Shown piece after piece: positions 1 to 9,255 of a DNA stretch of 64,000 bases. Both the position numbers and the translations under genes were made by a program. This DNA is from Geosiphon pyriformis uo1 (lineage: Eukaryota > Fungi > Glomeromycota): the NCBI GenBank assembly GCA_016748015.1, contig JAAOMT010000219.1:114436-178435 (forward strand), in the 5' to 3' direction. Numbering within the stretch: position 1 is the stretch's first letter; each line of letters begins with the position of its first letter. Under the pieces are notes generated by a model. The model was not told the origin of the DNA, made no database searches, and worked only from the letters and a program-made list of their open reading frames with translations.

Positions 1-932
1 TACCCTTATAATTCCTATAATTAATTAGTATATTAATATCATTTCAAATTATTATTTATTATTTAATCAATTATCACATATCACGATTCAATTAAATAAT
101 CCAATTAGTATAACAGAAAGTAGGATAATCAAATTACACAATACCCTGAACTTTGTAACATTCTAAAATTCGCCGAAATTTACAGAAATTCGCTGAAATT
201 ATGAATAGTTCACCCAAATTAATCAATAGTTCAGTAAAATAACTTGTAGTTCATCAAAATGTATCTTTAGTTTGCCGAAATTTGAGCAAAGAGAAAAAGT
301 GCAAGTTCATAGACTAGTACTACAACAAGTTGTATAAAAGAAGAGCTTTTCTCTTCTGGAAAATGTATCTTACTTTAGATTTATCTCTTAAAACCGTTCC
401 TATACACACAAAGAGAAATAAATATCAAATAATTCGAAAAAACCAAATTCTTTAATTATTGTACTTAGAAAAACCCCCAAAACCCAACTAATATTTCGAA
501 ATTGATTAGCTACCAATTTCAGTAAACTGTTAGTAACTCCAGGCCTGGATAGAAAACGTTTCTCTTGATAAAATTCTATTTCTTTTACATTTCTTTTATT
601 TTTTTTTTCTTTTCTTATTACGATCATTAAGGTAGCCTACAGATGAGATTCCTGTAGAAGAGTTGACTTTCACAGCAAAGTAATTACACATTTTAGTGAG
701 CTTTCAGATGAGCAATTCCTGGGAAAGAGTTGACATTTACTACAACGTAACTACATAAAGTAACTGGCAAGGAATTGGCCATTCCACTTATAAGCCCAGC
801 AGTTCAAATTATAGGAGATAATTTGAAGATAAATTCGGTTATTGGAGGTTTAACTACTTCTAGAAAACGTAAATTTGCAACCAACAGACATTTACAACAT
901 TCAAGAAAAAAGACCAAAAACCTCCGGTAACA
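1..932 (+). repeat. Family A LTR (5' end truncated by window edge)
   Basis: Matches the LTRs at 2842-3782 and 11484-12481. Ends ...CCTCCGGTAACA and is not followed by a PBS, so it is a 3' or solo LTR inserted in a family B LTR. Confidence 0.93.
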
Positions 933-1365
933 CTGCCAATACTTAATCATGTTGAAACAATAGCTCTTGATTACAGCTATTGACAAAATACTAACATTTA
1001 TCGTCTTGGCTTATTTTTTTTATTTTTTTTTGTTATTTCTTGTTGTTTACTAATTGATTAAAGATTAAGTGCTAAGTTATTGATGTTACAAATAGCCTGG
1101 TAAAAGACCCAAAGATAAGGGTAACTTCATATATATATTAACAGATAACTTACCAAAAGGGCATAACTGCCAAAATAAACTGGCCACCAAACTAAAGAAA
1201 AAAATTGGAAAACCCATCACAAAAAATTACTCACCATTGAATCTTTGTTCATTATACAAAGAACTCAACCAAAACCTTCAGATATTACCAACACCACTTC
1301 AGCTATTAAGCATTAAGTTATGGGTTTGTTATTTGATCTGAGATCCCAAATAATAACTTGTAACA
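933..1365 (+). repeat. 3' part of a family B LTR
   Basis: Aligns with about 19820-20282 (AATAGCTCTTGAT, GCCTGGTAAA, CTTACCAAAAGGGCA motifs) and ends ...ACTTGTAACA. No PBS follows. Confidence 0.85.
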
Positions 1366-1462
1366 ATATTAAATTCTCAATGCTTAATTTTTTTAATCAA
1401 TTAGTAAACAACAAAAAAACAAAAAAAAAAAAATAAGAAATTAGTATTCTGTTAATAGTCAT
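1366..1462 (-). repeat. Inverted fragment of a family B LTR
   Basis: Matches the minus-strand B LTR at about 44030-44165 (TTAATCAATTAGTAAACAAC...ATTAGTATT). Confidence 0.7.
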
Positions 1463-2318
1463 TGTTACTCATAAAATATAAGAATTATATATTAGTACAA
1501 AAATTAGTCAATCAGAAAAAGATGTAGTAAAAGTAGGATTCCAAGATTCTTCTTAGAGAAATTGCAAGATTCCAGAATTCTAGGATTCTTCTTAAGGAAT
1601 TATAGAATTCCAGAAATTCTAGGATTTCTGGCTAAAAAATTGAGAAATTCAAAAAATCTTATACAATGAAATTTATGTATATATAGCAATAGTATTAGAA
1701 GCAAAAAAGACAGAATTCTTAGTTTAAAATCTCCAGTTCCAGTTTTTTATCTATCTCTTTATATGATAGTATTCTATAACTTGAAGTAGAAATATTAAAT
1801 ATCAATAAAATTTTTATTACATATCACAATCTATTTTTTCACTATTAACAATTCATGTTAATAATTGTTGACACTTAACTATATGGAACCAATAGCTTTT
1901 GATTATGGCTATTGATTGAATACTAATCTTTTATCTTGGCTTATTTTTTTTATGTTTGATTTTATTTTTTTTCTTTATTCTGTTTTGTTGTATACTAATT
2001 GATTATAAGATTAAGCACTAAATTACTAACATTAAGAATTGCTTGGTAAAAGATCTTTACAAAAGAATAGATACATAGATTTAAGGATTGTTTACCAGAA
2101 GATTGCTGGTCATTATACTAAGAAAAAAATTCAATGGAATTGCAATTCTAAGAAGTTATAAATAAAACAACTATTGAATTTCTGTTTATTATACAAAAAA
2201 TTCAACCAAAATCTTTAGATTATGAAAATTTTCAAATATTACCAACACCATATCATGTATTAAGCACCAAATTATGAGTTTGTTATTTGTCTCAAACTCC
2301 AAATAATTACTTGTAACA
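1463..2318 (+). repeat. Family B (subfamily B') 5' LTR
   Basis: TGTTACTC...TTGTAACA termini, immediately followed by a PBS-like TTTGGTGCTTCC. Confidence 0.88.
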
Positions 2319-2335
2319 TTTGGTGCTTCCTGTAA
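2319..2335 (+). promoter_or_regulatory. Primer binding site (family B)
   Basis: TTTGGTGCTTCCTGTAA directly after the LTR; TGG is complementary to tRNA CCA. The same sequence occurs inverted at 61499-61515. Confidence 0.8.
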
Positions 2336-2378
2336 GGTATAATCTAACAGAAAACCAGTACCAACAATCATTAAAACA

Positions 2379-2841
2379 ATGGCAAAATCAGAAGTAATAG
2401 GAACAAACCACTTGGAATTTACAAAAGCCTTATTTTAATATTATTACTTTTATTTGGAATTGACAAATAATAATTGGCCAGCAAAATCAGCTTTCAATTA
2501 TTACATCAATAAAAGAATTGTATATTATTTGGAAGAGCAAGAAGATTCAAAATCTGCCTTCAACAATTTCTTTAGTGAACTACTCCAAAACATTACACTG
2601 TTACAGAATCATTTATTTGCTCTACTAATCACAAAAATAAACAGAGAAATTAAAAAATACACCAAACAGAAATTTCCTATTACCTTTGTAAACAAAAAAA
2701 AAGGAAGATTGCAAATACCAGCAAAAACACCAAACCCAATACAACCACCTACTTAGAAGAAACCAAGAGTTAAATTACCAATAAACCCATTATATTACTA
2801 TACATCAGAAAAGACTATTAACATTACAGCAGCAGATGTAT
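2379..2841 (+). pseudogene. N-terminal part of family B Gag-Pol ORF, cut by the A1 insertion
   Basis: Begins MAKSEVIGTNHL... and includes ORF 2454-2756. Homologous to the B2 N-terminus at about 61000-61460 (minus). Confidence 0.75.
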
Positions 2842-3782
2842 TGTTACCAGTAAAATTTTAGCTATTAACTAGCATGAAATTATTCTTATAATTTCTATTA
2901 TTAATTAGCATATATTATTATTATTTCGATTATCACTTATTAATTAATCAAATTATTAAATATTATTATTCAATTAATAATCCGATTTGTACTATAGAAA
3001 TTAAGATGATCAAATTATACAATACTCTGAACCATTTAATATAGTCAAAATTTGCCGAAATTGATAAAAAATTGGCCGAAATAATTAATAGTTCATAGAA
3101 ATAACTTGTAGTTTACCAAAATGTATCTTTAGTTCACCAAAATTGGAGCAAAGAGAAAAGTGCAAGTTCAAAGACTAGTACTACAATAAATTGTATAAAA
3201 AAAAGCTTCTCTCTTCAAAAAAATGTATCTTCTTATATCTTATTATAGTATCTTACTTTAAATATCTTAATTATAACAAATCACTTTTTTATAAAATCAA
3301 ATAAAATTAATATTCAAAAACCAAATCTTTAAAATTATTACACTTGAAATTGATTAGCTACCAATTTCAATAAACTGTTAGTGACTTCAGGCCTGGATAA
3401 AAAACGTTTTCTTTGATAAAATCCTATTTCTTTTACATTTCTTTTATTTTTTTTTTCTTTTCTTATTACAATTATTAGGGTAGCCTACAGACAAGATTCC
3501 TGTAGAAAAGTTGACTTTCACAGCAAAGTAACTACACATTTTTAGTGAGCTTCCAGACAAGCAATTCCTGGGAAAGAGTTGACATTTACTACAATGTAAC
3601 TATATAAAATAACTGGCAAGGAATTGGCTATTCCACTTATAAGCCCAGCAGTTCAAATTATAGAAGATAATTTGAAAATAAATTCAGTTATTGGAGGTTT
3701 AATTGCTTCCAGAAAACGTGAAATTAACAACAAACAAGCATTAACAACATTCAAAAAAAGAGACCCAAAATTTCCAGTAACA
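2842..3782 (+). repeat. A1 5' LTR
   Basis: TGTTACCAG...CCAGTAACA, with a TATA-like TTGTATAAAA near 3192. Confidence 0.95.
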
Positions 3783-3796
3783 TTTGGTGCTTTCCC
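3783..3796 (+). promoter_or_regulatory. Primer binding site (family A)
   Basis: TTTGGTGCTTTCCC adjacent to the LTR end. Confidence 0.8.
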
Positions 3797-3827
3797 ACAG
3801 AAATAATACAGCAACAACAAATTCAAA

Positions 3828-6800
3828 GTGGCGACCACATCAGACACAACAACTCTAGAGTATCATCAGTCAATTTACACCCACTGCAAGCAAAGATTCA
3901 ACATCTCAGACGAAATTGAAGTTGTCAAGAAATCAGTATACCAATACATTGAAAATCGCATCAACAATTATTTTTTTAGAAACTACAATATTTCAGAAGT
4001 TAGAAGCAACCTTTACAATAATTTAGTGCACTATTCACAATTAGAAACAGAAGACCTGAACAGTAAAACACTTGCTACCTACTTCCAAGAACTTAATTTT
4101 AATATTATTAAGTATTGTGAAGAAAAATACCCAGTACAGCCCAAATACTCTTTTAACTTTGAATCAGAAACAGAGACAAGCAACAAAGGCAAACAAAAAG
4201 TGAAACAATACTCAAGAACCACTCCAAATACTCCAATACTACCAAAGACAACTGCCAAACATTTGCAAACACCTAAACAAAGAACCAGTATCAAATTACC
4301 ACTTTCTATTACACTATTTTCAATTTTATTTATTTAACCACAAACACCAAGTTCACTATTTAACCATTTCTCCAGACCAAAAAATTTTCAGTTACCTAAA
4401 AATCCTACTCAACAACAAGAACCAATATCAACAAATGCCAATATCATTGATTACTTACAGGAAAACGAAAGTAATCATTCAGAAAGCTTGGAAAGTAAAG
4501 AAACTGAATCAGAACCAGAAGAAATCACAAGAAACAAAAAAGAAATGGCAACTGCTTACATTGCAAAAATTCCAAAATTCACTGGTAAAGACAATGATAC
4601 CAGTCCTCAAGAATGGCTTGACAAAGTTCAAAAAGCAGAAGATGCAAATGGTTGGATTGCAGCAAAAATGCTTAAAGCAATTTTCTACTTTCTCCAAAGA
4701 ACAGCAGAAGAATGGTTTGAAAATTTAGAAGAACCATTTGAGAACTGGCAAGCATTCAAAGATGCTTTCTTATAACAATTCACTAACAATAACACCTCTA
4801 TTACTTTCCGCAATTGCTTTCACAATATCAAACAAAAAACATCTAAAACTGTTATGACCTATCTTGGGAGATTCAACAAACTTCTTCGACAAATTCGACA
4901 ATTAGAAACCAATGACTACTATTCTAATGCTCAGATTTTGGATCAGTTTATAGCAGAATTAAAAGACAAATTGATTAAGAAAGTCTATCTACATGTACCA
5001 GCAGACTTAGCAACTGCCATCAGACATGCAAAGAACTATGAAATGGCTATAGAAAAAGCAAACTACACTAAACTCATCAACCTAGCTATTGGAGAAACCA
5101 GTTCAGCAGCTGAAAAGAAGATAGACCAACTCACAAAAAAGATTAAAAGCTACTTCACAAACCAACAACAACAGCAACAACAACTACAAAGATATCAACC
5201 CCCACAATGACACAACCAAAACAATTTTGGATCACCATCCAACAACCAACATCAAAATTGTCATTATTGTGGAATTCCAGGACACTAAAAACGAGATTGT
5301 AGGAAATTACAAAGAGACCAACAAAACAGGAGTAATCAATGCTACTCTTTACCACAACAATTTTATTACCAATTTTCACCACCAACCTATTATTCACCAA
5401 GACCACAAAATCAAAACAGTTATTATTAACCAGCTCTACAACCAATGCAGCAACAATATTAGCAACCTTTACCAATTCAGCCATATTAGACACCACCCAC
5501 TTAACAATATCAAGTACCAGCAAGAAAATTGGTTCAACATAACCAATTTACACCCCAAAATCAATTTCAGAATAACAACAACAAAATCAATCCAAATAAC
5601 TAGTTGGTTCCCCAAAATTCTGGTCAGCAAAGACCCAATCACTATCACACTCAACCCAGTTATCTTACAATACCAGAGGAATCGGATTTTCAACAACCTG
5701 CACTTTCTGAAGGTAAAGTTGCAGCACCCAGGTCAAATCTTTTCAACAACACTATTCCACCAGCTCAAATTGCCCAAAATGCCAACCTTTCAGATATATT
5801 TCCATTCGAATTTGAAGCAAATAAATCACTATTCTTGTTTAGTAATGTAACAGCTAATGAACAAAGAGCTCTGGTCGGAAAAGATTGGCTTCTTAAGACT
5901 AATGCAAACTTGAACTGGGAAACTCAAAAATTAAAAATATCATACCAAGGACAATACACCATAATACCTGTTACTTGTGATACTTTTAACAAATGATCAG
6001 AAAAAGCCCCAGTATTTGAATTTGAAGAGGAGAAAAAAATACCACTTACTGAAACCTACATGGCTCTTGGATCAACATCCAATTGGGCTGAAGAAACAGA
6101 ACAGAAGATTTTTGAAGAATCAAGAGAATGGAAGAAAGTTAGATATTCTACATCAGAACCATGGAAACAACCACCCTATATTCCACTCAAATGCAAAGAT
6201 TGCAACAAAAAACTTTCATCAATGAGAGCATGTATTTCTCCAGAAGAGGAATATGAAACTCGTACCTGTTACTTTTGCAAAGCATGCCATAGAGAATGAT
6301 TTGGATCTCCAAAAAAAAGTGGAAAATGGGACAACACATCTTGTCTTACATGTGGAGAAATGCTACCAGAAAAATGCAATTGGATTGATGTAGCCATGAG
6401 AGGAGGAGTATGTGATCAAACCTGTCAATATGCTCTATCAATTTCGGAAAAAGTCAGAAGAGGAACACCATTTGATGCAGCATATAACAGTACTCTCAAT
6501 AAACTTTACCACTACTCTCATGATGCTAAAATGATTTTTGACCTAGCAATGGCATTGATCAATGGAGCCACCTAAAAAGATGTCCACCAAATAAAAGAAG
6601 CTAAATACATTGAGTATACTATAGAATTAGCTGGATTTGATTATGAAAATAAAGTAGAAACCTACCACCAAACTACAAGCCACACATACTCGACTCAAGA
6701 AGCTCAAATTTAATGATTGGAGCAAATGAACATTCAATTGTGTAAAGAATGCATCATGCCTTGTGATAACAAATGGTGTCCAGAATGCTATGCTTTTAGC

Positions 6801-9188
6801 ATTCCTCTGCCAGAGAAAAATGATGAAAATAAAATCGAATTTGGAGTATCTGAACTGGTAGAAAAACTACCAACCACTCCCATCTATCTTCTTAAAAAGC
6901 AACCACCTCTACAACTTAAATATTTCGACAACTATGGCCAAGGAATTAGACCAGAAAAAGCACACGAAATTGATGCTAGATATGACCTAAAATATCCAGG
7001 AAAAAATACTTTGGTTCTCCAACCAAAGTTCTTAACAAAAATCAATCTCAAAATTGCTTTTGAAATTCCACCTGAAACAATGGTTCAAATTGCATCCAGA
7101 TCATCATTGGCAAGCAAAGGAATCAATGTTAAAGGAGGAGTTATAGATCCAGAATATACTAAAGACATTACCATCATATTACAAAATGAAACAGACAAAC
7201 CTTTTAGGATTGAACATGCTGAGAAAATTGCCCAAGCAATTTACCTAACTCTAATCAATATTTTGGGGTTACAATCAGTTAAAAACAGAGAACAATTGGG
7301 AAAAAGTGAAAAAGGAACTCAAGATTTTGGTTCAACTGGACGATTTACAGTTCTAGTAAACATAGCTCTCAATACACAGAATGAATTTTACCAGATTCTT
7401 TAACTTCCCCAACCAATTACCATTTCATCTTTTGGTGAATATTACGAAATTTACATTTGCTCAAAACCCACCACTACCCAACAAATCTTTGAATCCAATG
7501 AACAAATCTGTTTGAAGCATGAAATCTCAATCCCAAACGTTTATATTTCCAAAGGAATGAAAAAATTTTGAGTTATATTCTATAACCCTAATAATTACCC
7601 CATTGTCTTATTGAACAAACTAGAGATTAGAATCATACACAGTAACATTTTTTAAGATGAAAACCCTTAAATTGTCTCTAATTTCATCGAAATTATAAGA
7701 CATACACTACTTCTAAATCCAAACATTATTTCTACCACTGAAAACTACCACCTTTTGGAAAAAAAACTTTCTCAAATCAAAATAAGTCCTTTGGAACCCC
7801 AACAACAAAGACAATTGAAACAATTGATAGCTGAATTTGCAGATATATTTGCAAAAAACAACAATGATCTTGGAAAAACGGATATTGTTCAACACCAAAT
7901 CCATACAGAAGATGCTCCACCAAAATGACAACAAGCCTATTAAGTTCCATCTGCTAGCCACTAATTTATTAGAGAAGAGGTCCAAAGAATGCTCAATAAC
8001 GGATTGATTCAACCATCAAGAAATCCATGGGCCTCACCAGTAGTTCTTGTCAAAAAGAAAAACAGAAAAATCAGATTCTGTGTTGATTATTGACAATTGA
8101 ATAGTGTCACAATTGGAGATGCCTACCCTTTCCCAAGAATTGATGACATGTTAGATGCTTTAGGAAAAGCCAAGTTTTTCTCAACTTTAGACTTGGAAAG
8201 TAGATACTGGCAAGTCGAAATGGACCCAAAAGATAGACCCAAAACAGCATTTACCATCCAAGAAGGAAACTATAAGTTCAATGTTATGTTTTTTGGACTC
8301 TGCAATACACCAACAACATTCCAATGATTCATGAATGTTGTATATGAAGGATTCTTATGGCAATCAGTAGTTGTTTATTTTGATAACACTGATGTGTACT
8401 CACCAAGCTTTGAAGTTCATCTTATTTACCTGCAAGAAGTTTTTCAATGATTATGGAAAGCAGGATTGAAGTTGAATATTGAGAAATGTTACTTTGGAAA
8501 AACAAGTTTAATCTTTCTTGGACACATAGTTAGCAAAGATGGAGTCAAACCAAACTCTGGAACAATTAGTGCTGTCAAAAACTTTCAAACTCCCAAAAAT
8601 ACCACAGAACTAAGAGGATTTGTAGGATTAGCCTCCTACTATCAAAAATTCATAAAAAGATTCTCAGAAATTGCCAAACCACTCAATTATTTTACCAACA
8701 AAAATGTGCCATACAAATGGACAGAAGAACAACAAAAAGCTTTTGAAACCCTCAAAATAAAATTGACAACAGCCCCAATTCTTGCTTATCCAGACTTCAA
8801 CAAATGGTTCTAACTAGCCACTGATGTTTCACACATAGCTTTTGGTGCCATCCTATCACAATTGGATGAAAATAGCCAAGAACAAGTCATTGCCTATGCT
8901 AGTAGAACACTCAAGCCAACAGAACTCAAATATGGCTTAACAGAACTAAAAGCTGCCGCAATCATTTGGGCTCTCAAACACTTTCAACAATACCTGAAAA
9001 ATAGAAAAAAGTTTGACATCATAACTGACAATATTGGCCTCAAATGGCTCAATAAAAATAAAAAAAAACAAAGTGCCAAACAGTCTTGATGGAATGATTT
9101 TTTAGCAGACTACAAATATATAGTACATCACAAACTAGGAAAACTACACACCAATGTTGACAGCCTTTTAAGAATGAGACAATATTAA
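3828..9188 (+). pseudogene. A1 Gag-Pol polyprotein (N-extension, capsid, CCHC knuckle, truncated protease, Cys-rich domain, dUTPase, RT, RNase H), stop-interrupted
   Basis: ORF fragments at 3828, 4488, 4854, 5604, 6060, 6360, 6717, 8097, 8466 and 8862 are all in one frame. Motifs: KFTG..PQEWL capsid, CHYCGIPGH*KRDC knuckle, PWASPVVLV..FCVDY, YPFPRIDD, YFDN (YLDD) at 8376, IAYASR and NVDSL in RNase H. Confidence 0.93.
6900..7340 (+). pseudogene. dut: dUTPase domain within A1 polyprotein
   Basis: All five trimeric dUTPase motifs are recognisable: DARYDL (AGYDL), ASRSSLA, GGVIDPEY, KIAQAI, KGTQDFGSTG. Confidence 0.9.
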
Positions 9189-9255
9189 TACTAACATTAA
9201 TACTAACAAAACACCAACAAACTTAACAGCAGAACAAATAACAAAATCAACAACA

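Noticed and set aside
637-730. Hammerhead ribozyme (GATGA...GAA motifs)
   Set aside because: The core reads CAGA(T/C)GAG rather than CTGANGA, and I could not build the three-stem junction with GAAA and NUH.
3624-3806. Recurrent small ORF in the A LTR U5 (MAIPLISPAVQII..., also at 12323 and 49886)
   Set aside because: It starts at a TTG/non-ATG codon and recurs only because the LTR is repeated. The end point varies among copies and there is no evidence of coding constraint.
5155-5850. Overlapping alternative-frame and antisense ORFs (5155-5523, 5227-5850, 25789-26334 etc.)
   Set aside because: These are shadows of the CAA-rich Gln/Asn/Pro region of gag, which lacks stops in other frames.
3828-9188. 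Alternative genetic code or stop read-through explaining the many in-frame stops
   Set aside because: Stops of all three types occur at different positions in different copies and coincide with missense transitions in catalytic motifs.
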